A DNA stretch of 64,000 nucleotides, from contig CM059425.1 of the NCBI GenBank assembly GCA_030390025.1, forward strand, positions 164,736,001 through 164,800,000. The letters run 5' to 3'. The position numbers and the translations under genes are program-made. This DNA is from Squalus acanthias. Its lineage: Eukaryota. Shown piece by piece: positions 38,081-51,092 of the stretch. Each line of letters opens with the position of its first letter. Positions within the stretch are counted from its first letter, which is position 1. Below the pieces are notes generated by a model. It was not told the DNA's origin. It did not search any database and saw only the letters and a list, made by a program, of their open reading frames with translations.

Positions 38081-40089
38081 ACAACTCTGGAAATTGGTTT
38101 ATGTATAATTTTATAAACTCTTGTGTACTTGCATTTTACTAAACTTATTTAATTTGATACAAAAATAGTGGTTAAAGGCTAAAACTCCATATGACTTGGG
38201 CTGTTCTAAATCTGTAGCCTGAAAGGCATGTTTTAGGCAGACTGGGTTGTTTGAGTTATGAACAACTTGTACCATACTGCTGTGACATTCCCAATCTGGT
38301 TCAGCTCGGCACATGTTTTACATCATTTTCTTTCATCTTTTTATCGTTCTCTTTGGATAATAATGTAGGCTATGTACGACAGCACAAATAATGATATTTT
38401 GCAAACAAATATGCTAAGAGACATCATGTTGCAAATGTAATGCAGAATCATTTCTTGCTTGATGACAGCAAGCAAATTATTGGGAAAGGGAAACTCTACC
38501 CTAATAAGGAGACTATATGGGTGATCTTCTGATTTTGTGCTTCCAATGGAAAGCCATGCTGGAAGTGCAAAGTTAGAAAATTACACTGTATATAAAATTG
38601 CACAAATGCAATAGGTTGCCAGATTGACAGCCAGGAGGTCCTGGAGTCACAAAACAACAAATATATTGAAACTACTCTCCTAAAAAGACTGAGTCCAGTC
38701 TGTGATACTGTGATATTAAAATTGGCATTGATTTACTGTAGTCCACGAGTGGTTAATCCCCTGACTGTTTCTGGGAGTTGAGGCTCAGCTGGTCTTTTGA
38801 TTTGCTGTCCTCTCCTCTGCTAATATTGCCCTAACCAAAGGCCTCTCCCTCTACAACATTCTCAGAAGCAAAAGTAACTTATACATTCCTCCTACTTCCA
38901 TCATGTTCTTGACTCCTGTTGCCTGTCCTTAACGGCCCTGAGAAGGTGATGGGTGCTGCTTTGAACTGCCACAGTGCTTGGGGTGATGATGCCCACCAAG
39001 ATAAATTTCTGATAAGTAATCATTTTAAATTAATGAGAATGTAGTTTTGAACTCTGAGAAGATGAGGTGGAATTGGGCTGATATGACATGTAATTTAACA
39101 TGTGCAAATGTGCTAGTTAAAGAGTAATGAAGTACAGGACACAACACAGGAGGGAGATCTGGGGATACTAATGGATAATGTGTTGAAATGATTAGTGCAG
39201 TGTGCAACAAGAAATCGGGCAAGTAAAATATTGGTCCTGAAATGATGATGCAAGACACTAGCTTAATGGATTTGTCTGAAATTTCTCCCTGCTATTTTAG
39301 CCACAGCGTTAACAAATTTACCTTCATGCCTCCACTAAAATAGGAACAGAGGATGTTTGTAATTATGAATTAAATACTTGTATAATAGTAACGCACTTCA
39401 TTATTTCAAGGCCTTTCTTGAGGTGATAGCTAATATGAGGGACTAGTCGGTTACATTTGGAGTACGATATACAGTTCTGGTCACTACTACAGTGAGAACA
39501 TACTGGGCTTTAGACACCGGCTGTGAGGACAGACCAGGTAAGCTTTGAATGTTTACACTGGGAAAAAGGAGTAATATGAAAGTTCTCAATTCTATATCAT
39601 TAGTAAACATGGGTAAGAAAGGGTTAAAATGCAGCTTCAGCACATTGCAACATAGTTGGGGGAATTTTAACCCCTAACAGGTGCGTTGGAAAGGTGAGAG
39701 GTTAAAATGTTTTGATTTTAGAGTGGGAGCATATCTGGCTCCACCTTCTGGGCTTAACTGATGCGTATTTGGATGTCGGCAAGAAACCTACACGCTGAAG
39801 TCATTGATTTTAATTGTTGGATGCGGGCGGGTACTTAGTGGCGCAATTAACGTCCTTGGGAGATGTTAATGAGGTTTTTTCAAATTGTTTTTAACTTGGC
39901 TCCAAATTTAACTTGTACAACACGGGTTTCCTGGGGCTCAGGAAACTGACCAGGGAAATGGAGGCAAGTTGAAACAGCAGTTCAGATAGGTATTTAAATT
40001 TCTCATTGTCCCATCTGGATAAAAGCTCACATTGCAGCAGGTGTCTCATTTCTCTCTGGCAAATGTTTGGTGTGGATACAGCTTTTTTC

Positions 40090-41171
40090 AACATTGAAGG
40101 ATTTCAAAGAGACCAGACCAGGATGGAGGCATGTTGGATGTGTTTGACAGCACATCCGAAGAGGAAGACCATCACCATCCACGGCAGCGACAACATGCTG
40201 TGATGGGATCAGCACGTACATAGGAGAGGGGTCAAGCTCGCAGGAGGCACTACCCACATCACAGGGTTTACAGGCAGAGATGCGGCTTCCTTGACCTCTC
40301 TGAAGAGCAGTGCTTCCATAGGCTGAGATTGCTGCATCAGGTGGTGGCAGACATCCACTGGTGGCCACGCATTATCAGTGGCTGTGAAAGTGACCACTGC
40401 CCTCAATTATTGTGCTACCGGAGACACCGGATATCCCAGTTGGCTGCACATAAATGCATACTGCAGGTCACTGATGGATTGTTTGTCAGGGCTGACAATT
40501 ATGTAAATTTCCCGTGATAATATCCAGAATGAGTAGGCATTCGGATTTGCCAAGGTACAGCGTGCCATTGACTGTGCACACATGGCAATCTGAGCGCTGC
40601 TACAGCAACCAGGAGTTTTTTTTATAAACCGCAAGGGCTATTCGTCCATTAATTCACAGTTGATGTGCAATCACAGGAGGTTCGTGCAGGTTTGTACCAG
40701 ATTCTCTGGTAGTTGTCATGATGCCTTCATAATGTGGCATTCCAACATGCCAGACCTTTTCATTCCAGGAAGCAGACATATGGGCTGGCTCGTTGGAGAC
40801 AAGGGATACCCCCTTCAAACTTAGCCTGTGGCTTCTGCGAGGAACCCCATCAATGATGTGCAGGAGCACCAGATGTGTCATCAAGCAACCCATTGGAATG
40901 CTGAAGATGTGCTTCAGGTGCCTAGATAGGTCTGGAGGTACCCTTCAGTACTCGCCAGCCAAGGTCTCCAGCAATGATAGTGGTGTGCTGCGTCCTGCAA
41001 AATATTGCACAGCAGAGAGGATTGCAGGTGGAGGATGATGAAGGGGCTCATCACTCATTTTTGGATGAGGAGAAAATAGAGGAGCAAAAGGATGAAGATG
41101 GGGCGCCCAGCGCCAGAGCAGCTGCTTACATTGCTGCCAGGGATGCCCTAAGATTGCAAAGGTTCATCTAG
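40090..41171 (+). pseudogene. Harbinger/HARBI1-like DDE transposase pseudogene
   Basis: Across frames: RRHYPHHRVYRQRCGFLDLSEEQC, VAVKVTTALN, GISQLAAHKCI, AIDCAHMAI, FINRKGYSSIN, GSCHDA, WLVGDKGYPL, IGMLKMCFRCLD, CCVLQNIA. Confidence 0.88.
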
Positions 41172-42670
41172 TGTGAAACATAAATGAAATCCTGCCGACC
41201 ACTCCTACCACCAGGACCACCCCCAACACCACCCGCCCCCCTCCTTTGCACTAAACAGTGCTTCAACCACTCATCCATCCATTGCACATCTGCCCAAAGT
41301 GTCCCTGTATTGAATTGACATTTATCATGAAACATGTGAAAGGGCGAGTTGACACTTTGGATGTAATAATGGGCAAAACATGGAAGTGATGTTAATCAAT
41401 AAATTTTATGTGCTATTATAAAAAAAGGAAAATTAACATTTCATCAAACATCCATGTGCATACCCTTGGTGAATTAAATTTCTGGACTTTACACTTCCTA
41501 CCACTTCTACGTGGTGCATCGTCTGTCTCTTCAGCAGAGGTAGAGACAGGTTGCTCAGATCCCTGCCCTGACTGCTGAGATGATTTTTGCCTATGCCCTC
41601 TGGATTTTAGCATCCCTGAGGGCGCAGCCAAATACTGCTCCACCTGCACCTATACAGGGGCGGACACAGCCCTCGGGAGACAAGGCAGCATGTCAGGTAC
41701 TGGCTGGGGGGTGCAATGGGTGAGAAGTGGAAGAGTGGAGTTCATACTTCCATATCTCCTTTCACCACCATCCCTCTCCTGGGCCAGTGCCACATCACTC
41801 CTACCACTCTGCTGCAGACCAGCTTGGTGGAGATCAGTGACGTGTTGTAAGGCCATGGTTATGGTATCTGTCGTCCTGTTTAAAGTAGCAGACAAATTGG
41901 CATCCAAAGTCTGCACGGCCGTAGTCATGGCCTGCATGGACTCATTTGAGACTCACGCTTCAATCTCCTTGGAGGCGGCGATTCTCTCCATGGCAGACAT
42001 TCTCCCAATTCCCTGTGCCACCAACCCGCTAACGATCGAGTTGGACTCCCATCCTCTCCGCTATTGTGGAGCGTGTGCGTGGCACGTCTGTCAGTACCTG
42101 GCTAAGTTGTTGATGCACCTCTAGCATTCTCCTCAATGATAACCCCCGGGGTTCAGCATCTGTGTTCAGCTGAGCAGAGCTTGGAGAGCATTGTGCCCCC
42201 AAATGTGAACTCTCCACAGCTGTCCCTACCACCACTGTCTGCGTGTGCTTTTTGCACTCTCTTATACAAGGGGTGAAAAAACAGACCTGTGAGTGAGCGA
42301 AGGTGAGGTATTGACCCACTGGATGATTATACACATTGTATAAGGATTGGGGTGAGTCGCAATGGTGGATGGATAAATGGGGAGGTAATGAAGTGCATAG
42401 AAAATGAGGGCTAGGTACTGCTGAAATTTGAGTGGAAGTGATGTGATGGAGTACGCTTAGCAAGACAGAGTGAAGGGGGTGCTTAACGCAGAGGGTGTAA
42501 TTGAATCAGCAAATGTACTCACTTTTCCTGACCTGGTTAGGTCATTATACCACTTCCTACATTGCATCCAACGTTCCTGCTCACCTTCTCAGCCACCTCC
42601 AACCACCTCTTCTTGGTGAGAGCAGTAGGTTTCTTCCTCCCAATGCTAGGGAAAAGTATGTCACTCCTGC

Positions 42671-43135
42671 AATAAAAACAGAAAATGCTGGAAATGCTCA
42701 GCAGGTCAGGCAGCATCTGTGGAGAGACAAACAAAGTTAACGTTTCAGGTCAGAACTGGAAAAGGTTAGAGATGTAATAGGTTTTAGAGGCAGGGAAAGG
42801 GGAGAGGGGAGGAAAGAACAAAAGGGAAGGTCTGTGATAGGGTGGAAGGCAGGAGAGATTAAATGACAAAAGGGCTGATGGTGAAAGGAGATGGTAATGG
42901 GACAAGTAAAGAAACAAAAGATGGGTCCAGAGCAATGTTCTCTGTAAGCTGCGCAGCGCTCCTGGGAACCCGTGCAGCCGGCTTGCCGACTTTTCAATAC
43001 AAAAACCTCGCACGCATGGTATTTTGGATGGCCCGCACAGCCCCTTAAAGGGACTGCACACGACCAAACAAAACTAGAGGGAACATTGGTCTAGAGGAGG
43101 TGTGAATGGGAATATCAGAATCATCAACAGCTGAG
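42671..43135 (-). mobile_element. Penelope-like 3' fragment
   Basis: Reverse complement of cacagatgctgcctgacctgctgag; flanked by gtcactcctgc (42660-42670) and gtcgctcctgc (43136-43146), a probable TSD. Confidence 0.7.
42933..43088. mobile_element. 156 bp hAT-type MITE
   Basis: TIR CAATGTTCTCT / AGGGAACATTG; 8 bp TSD GTCCAGAG / GTCTAGAG. Confidence 0.8.
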
Positions 43136-45112
43136 GTCGCTCCTGCTCCTGCCTGCACCCAGCAGTAATTCCAGCGAGGTGTCATTGAATCTGGGTGCTG
43201 TCCTTGCTCTATGTCCACCATCCACCCTACTCACCACCAATTTCCATTTGTGCACTGTCCCTTTAAATACAGCTGAGATCACATCATGCAGGTGCACAAC
43301 ATGCCCGCTGCCCAGTTTGGAAATGCAAATTCCAGAAGTCAAATTAATTGGTATAATTGAGTGCAGGGTGCAGATACTGACCCACTCATTTGACTTCTGG
43401 GTTTCGCCCCCGCAATTCCACCCTTCTCGCTCAGAAGCAGGCTTCATATTAATATCGGGGCCAGTGTGTCACAGGCAGAAAGGTTCTCCCTCTATACCAA
43501 AAGCACTTGAGAGAGACAGAGAGAGAAAGCCCCTACTTAAAATTAATGCCTGCATTTTTATCACGGCTTTGACTATGAGAGAGAATACTACTAGACACTA
43601 GCCTTGAGACTTAATTAAAATGTTGACCTTGAGAAGGAGCGAAGGAGTGGAAAGCAAGATGTTTACAATTTCACCCATGTCAGTCAATAGAAGTATTGTA
43701 AAATTACCCATTAGTCACTACTCTTAAGTTTAAAGATGTAAAGCCATACATGTGAACAAGACGAGATCATGTCTGTGCAGCTTGCCATATATGGGGATTT
43801 TGATGAGGAATGTGTAGCTCAGAAATGTATAAAAAGTAGCAGACTTTATTTTGGATTTGGATTTGAAGTGTTTGATCAACCTGAATACTGAGTTCAGAAC
43901 TGTAATGCGTTAAGAATTCCCAACCGTCAGGTGTGGCTGTAAGAACTATTTTAAGGGTATGCCTATTATATAATTAATAAATCTATGAAGACTTGACCTT
44001 ACCATCAAGGAATTTATTGATTTTGAGGAATAGTTAGAAATCTAATAAATAAAAACCATCCTCTAACAGGTATAGATAAATTAAGGCCAAATAAATTGTT
44101 TGACATTGCCACAATGTAACCAAGGGACATAGACTTGAAATCGGAGGTTGGAAGATGATTAGATCATTTAGATTTAACAACTCCACATGCGGTGGCTATG
44201 TGGCTGGAACAAACTGCCTGGAAATAGTTGAGGTGGATAATGTCAGCAAATTGAGAAGGGAGCTGGATTTTTTTTGGCACAATAAAATGTGTGATTTGTG
44301 AAGTATAAGAAATGCAGTATGAGATGTTTTGAATTTTGGGGCCATTCAGATGGACCACAATGGTCTTTTCTAGTCCACTGCATTCCAAGTTTTGATGTTC
44401 CTAAGTCATGTGGCCTCCATGGCCCTTGCTGTAGGAACACAACCATTCCTATTGTATTATATAAAATAGCACAAGAGATGGTTAAGAGGCTTTTCACCAT
44501 TTTACGCCTGCTGATGCAGCCTTCCCGACGGCGGGAAACCCCGCCAGGGTCAGCGAGGCGAGCTGTGGGTCTGCTGCAGTGTAAGTGTGCAAATTACAGC
44601 TGCAGAGGTAGTGTGATGGGTGCAATGGTGCACAGGTAAGTATGACAGGTGAGAGAATGTAGTGAGAAATATTTTTATTCTGTTTATATGTATCTGAAGG
44701 TAACAAGATTTGATGTTTCTGTGAAGCCTCATCTGATCGGGAGAATTGACAGATAGTTTCTGCAATCTCACATGCAGCTGCCATCTATTTTCTCCTAAGG
44801 AGAGAGTCATTGGTGTGTCTGGGTGCAAGGGCTCACCTTTGGACAGTGATTGTCAGTGTTTGACAGCACCTCAATGCTGTCAAACACTGTCAAAAAATTG
44901 TGGGGTCTGTCACTTTAACAAAACCGGCAGATGAAGCGTCATGCACTGACATCATCTGACACCGGCTTTCCCTTAATTGGCCGGCAAGCCCGCAGGGTGA
45001 GCTTAACAAGGCCAATCAGGGTAAAATAGCGTCAGACGTCACTGGGGGCAGGACTAGAACCCGGAAACCAGCAGTCCCGCCCCCAACGCACCTCCTCAGG
45101 GAAGATCCCAGC

Positions 45113-46762
45113 CAAAGAGTCTGCAAAGGATATAGATAGATTAAGTGAGTGGGCAAAAATTTGGCAGATGGAGTATAATATGGGAAAATGTGAAGTTATC
45201 CACTTTGGTAGGAAAAATAAAAAAGCAAATTTTTATTTAAATGGAGAGAGACTACATAATGCTGCAGTACAGAGGTTTCTGGGGGTCCTCGTACATGAAA
45301 CACAAAAAGTTAGCATGCAGGTACAGCAAGTAATTAGGAAGGCAAATGGAATATTGGCCTTTATTGCGAGGGGGATGGAATCTAAAAGTAGGGAAGTCTT
45401 GCTACAACTGTACAAGGTGCTAGTGAGACCACACCTGGAGTACTGCGTGCAGTTTTGGTCTCCTTATTTAAGGAGGGTTATACTTGCATTGGAGGCAGTT
45501 CAGAGAAGGTTCACTAGGTTAATTCCTGAGATGAAGGGGTTGTCTTATAAAGAAAGGATGAGCACGTTGGGCCTATACTCATTGGAGTTTAGTAGAATGA
45601 GAGGGGATCTTATTGAAACATATAAGATTCTGAGGGGGCTTGATAGGGTCGATGCAGAGAGGATGTTTCCCCTCATGGGGGAATCTAGAACTAGGGGGCA
45701 CAGTTTCAGGATAAGGGGTCACCCATTTAAAACGGAGATGAGGAGGAATTTCTTCTCTGAGGGTCGTGAATCTTTGGAATTCTCTACCCCAGAGAGCTGT
45801 GGAGACGGAGTCATTGGCCCAGAAATTCGCCTCTCCGGCTTGCCGTGGGGGTAAGGATCGCGCGCGCACTTACCTACCGCGCCTGCCGTTGTGTTTTGGG
45901 CCCACGGGAACTTCAGCTCCTGGGCCTGTTCCAACTGCCAGCGCGCAGTGCGTGCGTGTCCCAGGGGCACAGTTAGTGCGATGCGTCCCCTGGGATCACG
46001 TGGGCCATGGAGAGCCAATGGCAGCAGACCATCTTTCATTCATAGATTTGACAGGAGACCTGTCAAATCTGTGAATTGAAATCGGCCCCAAAAGAACAGC
46101 TAAACTTAAAATAATTTTTTTTAAAAACCATCACATCTATAAAATAACTATAGTTAAATAAATTAACCACTTTAAACAAAAATTTAAATTTTTGAAAAAA
46201 TTAAAATACTTTTTAAAAGTGATAAAAATAAACTTCCCTTTCTTTAAAGTATCTAAAAAAGATAAACCTGTTGAAAATTTTTTTAAATTATACTTAATTA
46301 ACCACTTACCTTGTTGAAAACGGGTCTTGCGCCTCCTTTTCATAAGCGTAGGTTCTTCACTACTTACCCTCCCGTAGAAACCTGAAAAAAATCTAAGTTT
46401 GCTGCGTGTGCGCAGCCTCTACTGTGCACGCGGTTCACCTAGGAACCGCCCCCTTCACCAGACCGGAAGTTCCGGTTTCCCGCGCATGCGCAGTGCATGC
46501 AGGAAACTGGCACTTCGGGACGTCTTACGGGTGAGTACACAATGCGTACTCACCCGGGAAGGGCCGAATTTTTGGCCCATTGAATATATTAAAGGTGGAG
46601 ATAGACATATATTTGAGCTACAGGGGAGTCAAGGGTTATGGGGAGCGGGCGGGAAAGTGGCGTTGAGGCCAAGATCAGATCAGCCATGATCTTATTGAAT
46701 GGCGGGGCTGGCTCGAGGGGCCGAATGGCCTACTCCAGCTCCTATTTCTTATGTTCTTATGT
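45113..46762 (+). mobile_element. CR1 LINE 3' fragment interrupted by a MITE
   Basis: WQMEYNMGKCEVIHFG...LVRPHLEYCVQFW; resumes at 46579; tail cctatttcttatgttcttatg. Confidence 0.9.
45816..46578 (-). mobile_element. Hairpin MITE, copy D
   Basis: GGCCCAGAAATTCG...CGAATTTTTGGCCC; exact ATT TSD restoring CR1 gagtcattgaatatatt. Confidence 0.9.
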
Positions 46763-47045
46763 TCTATCTCTGCAATCTCCTCCAGCCCCACAACCTTCCG
46801 AGATATCTGCGTTCCTCTAATTCTGCCCTCTTGAGCATCCCTGATTTTAATTGTTCAATCATTGGTGGTCATGCCTTCAGCTGCCTAGGCCCTAAGCTCT
46901 GGAATTCCCTCCCTAAATCTCTCTGCCTCTCTACCTCTCTTTCCTCCTTTAAGATGCTCCTTAAAACCTACCTTTTTGACCAAGCTTTTGGTCACCTGCC
47001 CTATTTTATCCTACGTTAAAGGTGCTATATAAATACAAGTTGTAG
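46763..47045 (+). mobile_element. L2 LINE 3' end
   Basis: GGHAFSCLGPKLWNSLP...FKMLLKTYLF; tail ggtgctatataaatacaagttg shared with the Deu SINEs. Confidence 0.75.
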
Positions 47046-47887
47046 TAGTAATAGTAAAGTTATAAATCGAAACACTTCTGGTGAGGTTGTACCAAAATGG
47101 AAATAACTATTTAAACACATTATTACCTGTCATTTCAAATGCGTAAGTGAGTGGGCAAAACTATGGCAGATGGAGTTCAATGTGGGAAAATGTGAGGTCA
47201 TCTACTTTGGATCTGAGAAAAATAAATCAGAATATTTTCTTTATAGTGAGAGTTTAGGTGCTGTGGAGGAGCAAAGGGGTTTAGATGTCCACGTACACAA
47301 ATCACTAAAAGCTAGTGCAAAGGTACAAAAAGTGATCAAAAAGGCTAATGGAATGTTGGTCTTTATCTCCAGGGGATTTAATTCAAATGTGAGGAAGGGA
47401 TGTTTCAGTTGTACAGTGCCTTGGTCAGACCCCATCTGGAGTATTGTGTTCTGTTTTGGGCACCACACCTCAGGAAGGATATATTTTCCTTTGAAGGGGT
47501 ACTGTGCAGATTCACCAGAGTGATACCAGGGAGTAAAGCGTTAAATTTCAGATCATAACCTCGTACCCTATCATATATATATTTTTTATCCACACTCTTT
47601 GTCTTTTTTTCTTCTCTCCCGCATGGCAGCTGTCTTTCATTCTGCCAACACAATTTACACTTCATCTAGATCCATCCTTTGTTTCTTAACCTGTCCCATT
47701 ACCATCTCCTTTTGCCTTGAATATCTCTTAATGTCTCTTAGCCTCTCCTGCCTTCTATCCTATCACAGACCTTCCCTTTTGTTCTTTCACCCCCTCCCCC
47801 CTTTCCCAGCTCCTACACTTGCTTAAAAATCTGTTCCATTTCCTGCTTTTTTCCAGTTCTGACAAAAGGTCATCCACCTGAAACAAT

Positions 47888-48650
47888 GGCCCGAAAATTA
47901 AACCTAATACGCGAGAGTACGCACTGTGTACTCTCGCGTATTAGATCCCGAATTGCCGGTTTCCTGCATGCACTGCGCATGCGCGGGAAACCGGCACTTC
48001 GTGAATTGAAAAGGGGGCGGTTCCTAAGTGAACCGCGTGCGCGCTACAGGCTGTGCGCACGCAGTGCACTTAGTTATTTTTTCAGCTTTGAACGTGCAGG
48101 TAAGTGGTGAAGATTTTACACACAAAGAAAGCAGGCGTAGGACCCCCTTTTAACAAGGTAAGTAGTTAATTAAGTGTTATTTTACATTTTTTTCAACAGG
48201 TTCATCTTTTTTAGAGACTTTAAAGAAAGGTAAGTTTATTTTTATAACTTTTAAAAAGATTTTAAATTTTTTCAAAAATTTAATTTTTTGTTTAAAGTGG
48301 TTAATTTATTTAACTATACTTATTTTATTAATGTGATGGCTTTTATTTAAATTTAATTGAGGTTTAGCTGTTCTTTGGGGGGGTGTAGTATTCATAGCTT
48401 TGACAGCTCTTGCCGTCAAAACTATGAATGAAAGATGGTGTGCTGCCATTGGCTATAACTGAATCACGTGATTCCAGAGCTCGCACGAACTAATTGCGTC
48501 TCTGGGTCACGCAAGCACTGCACGGTTCCAACAGAGAGAGCCTTTGAAACTAAAGTTCGTGTGGGCCCGGAGCAAAAAGGTAGGCGCGGAGTGCGATATC
48601 GCGGGGAATCCTTACCCCCGCGGGAACCATCCATGTTTAATTTCTGGGCC
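47888..48650 (+). mobile_element. Hairpin MITE, divergent copy E
   Basis: GGCCCGAAAATTAAAC...GTTTAATTTCTGGGCC; flanks AAT/ATT. Confidence 0.85.
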
Positions 48651-48724
48651 ATTAACTCTATTTCTCTCTTCACAGATGCTGCCTGACCTGCTGAGTATCT
48701 CCAGCATTTTCTGTTTTTATTTCA

Positions 48725-51092
48725 AAATGCTAAGCTTGAATAAAGGAGACTATGAAGGTATGCGAGCGGAATTGAGTAGAGTGGATTGGGAAAATAGATT
48801 AAAGGGTAAGACGACACATGATCAGTGGTGTACATTCAAGGAGTTATTTTACAACTTCCAAAAAAAATATATTCCACTGAAAAGAAAAGGGTGTAAAAGA
48901 AAGGACAGTCATCCGTGGCTAAGTAAAGAAATTAAGGATAGTATTCGACTAAAAACAAGGGCATATAAGGTAGCGAAATCTAGTGGGAGGACAGAGGATT
49001 GGGAAAACTTTAAAAGGCAGCAAAAAATAACAAAAAGATTGATTAAGAAAGGGAAGATAGATTATGAAAGTAAATTAGCAAAAAATATAAAAACAGATAG
49101 TAAGAGTTTTTATAGTTATATAAAAAGAAAAAGGGTGGCTAAAGTAAATGTTGGTCCCTTAGAGGATGAGACCGGGAAATTAATGGTGGGAAATATGGAG
49201 ATGGCAAAAACACTGAATGAATATTTTGTATCAGTCTTTACAGTAGAGGACACTAAGAATATCCCAACACTGGACAAACAGGGGGCTATAGGGGGAGAGG
49301 AGCTAAACACGATCAAAATCACTAAGGAAGTGGTACTCGGTAAAATAATGGGACTCAAGGCGGATAAATCACCTGGACCTGATGGCTTACATCCTAGAGT
49401 CTTGAAGGAAGTGGCGGTAGGGATTGTAGATGCATTGGTAATAATTTTTCAAAACTCCCTGGATTCCGCTAAGGTCCCGGCAGACTGGAAAACTGCTAAT
49501 GTAACACCCTTATTTAAAAAGGGCAGTAGACAGAAGGCTGGTAACTATAGACCGGTTAGCCTAACATCTGTGGTAGGTAAAATTTTGGAGTCCATTATTA
49601 AGGAAACAGTAACAGGACATTTGGATAATCATAATTTAATAGGACAAAGTCAGCATGGTTTTACGAAGGGGAAGTCATGTTTGACAAATTTGCTGGAGTT
49701 CTTTGAGGAAGTAACATATAGAGTGGATAAAGGGGAACCAGTGGACGTAGTGTATTTAGACTTCCAAAAGGCATTTGACAAGGTGCCACACAAAAGATTA
49801 TTGCTTAAGGTAAAAAATCACGGGATTGGGGGTAATATTCTGGCATGGATAGAGGATTGGCTATCTAACAGAAAGCAAAGAGTTGGGATAAATGGTTCAT
49901 TCTCAGACTGGCAATCAGTAACTAGTGGTGTTCCACAGGGGTCAGTGCTGGGTCCCCAACTCTTCACAATCTATATTAACGATTTGGAGGAAGGGACCAA
50001 GTGTAACATATCAAAATTTGCAGATGATACAAAGATGGGAGGGAAAGTAGTGAGTGAGGAGGACATAAAAAACCTGCAAGGGGACATAGACAGGCTAAGT
50101 AAGTGGGCAGAGATTTGGCAGATGGAATACAACACTGGAAAGTGTGAGGTGATGCACTTTGGCAGGAAAAATCCTAGAGCAATTTATTATCTTAATGGCA
50201 AGAAACTGGAGAGTACTGAAGTGCAAAGGGATCTGGGGGTCCTGGTGCACGAAACTCAAAAGGTTAGTATGCAGGTGCAGCAAGTGATTAAGAAGGCAAA
50301 TGGAATGTTGGCTTTCATTGCTAGGGGGATAGAATATAAAAATAGGGAGGTATTGCTTCAGTTGTACAAGGTATTGGTGAGACCGCACCTGGAATACTGC
50401 ATACAGTTTTGGTGTCCTTACTTAAGGAAAGACATCCTTGCTCTCGAGGCAGTGCAAAAAAGGTTCACTCGGTTAATCCCGGGGATGAGGGGGTGGTCAT
50501 ATGAGGAGAGGTTGGGTAGATTGGGACTCTACTCATTGGAGTTCAGAAGAATGAGAGGCGATCTTATTGAAACATATAAGATTGTGAAGGGGTTGGATCG
50601 GGTGGATGCGGGGAGGATGTTCCCGATGACGGGTGAGACGAGAACTAGGGGACATAGTCTTAGAATAAGGGGCTGCTCTTTCAAAACTGAGATGAGGAGG
50701 AACTACTTCACTCAGAGGGTGGTAGGTCCATGGAATATGCTGCCACAAAAAGCTGTAGAAGCTACAACATTAATTAAATTTAAAACAGAAATAGACAGTT
50801 TCCTAGAAGTAAAGGGCATTAAGGGTTACGGGGAGCGGGCAGGAATTTGGACATGAGTCTAGGTTCGGATCGGTCATGGCCCTGTGGGTAGTGGAGCGGG
50901 CCCAGGGACTGTGTAGCCTGATTCTGCTCCTATTTCGTGTGTGCAATTCTGTTAGATGCAGGAGATGGTTCTGTGATAGATAGTAGATTGGCGGTTAGGA
51001 TCAGATCAGCCATGATCTTATTGAATGGCGGAGCAGGCTCGAGGGGCCGATTGGCCTACTCCTGCTCCTATTTCTTATGTTCTTATGTTCTT
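48725..51092 (+). mobile_element. Young 5'-truncated CR1 LINE with an uninterrupted ORF2 portion (RT and C-terminus, stop at 50856)
   Basis: About 710 codons without a stop: KSPGPDG, GNYRPVSLTS, YLDFQKAFDKV, GVPQGSVLGP, FADDTK; (ttcttatg)n tail; endonuclease absent. Confidence 0.95.

Larger units (their letters stand above)
41480..43240 (-). pseudogene. Harbinger Myb/SANT-like gene, split by a Penelope insertion
   Basis: RARTAPRFNDTSLELLL (~43200) rejoins SDILFPSIGRKKPTALTKKRWLEVAEKV (~42660); C-terminus PRRSGRKCKV parallels the 13227 gene. Confidence 0.75.
39657..43462. mobile_element. Decayed autonomous-type PIF/Harbinger transposon (convergent transposase and Myb genes)
   Basis: Two gene remnants listed below; imperfect ends with AGT on both flanks. 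Confidence 0.8.

Noticed and set aside
44490..45112. Another Harbinger-like MITE (GC-rich, ctgtcaaacactgtcaa motifs)
   Set aside because: A right end is plausible, but I found no matching left TIR or TSD.
48544..48724. N-terminus of the 770 aa ORF as a novel RT fusion protein
   Set aside because: It starts at TTG and reads through MITE and Penelope sequence; this is a chance open frame in front of a truncated CR1.
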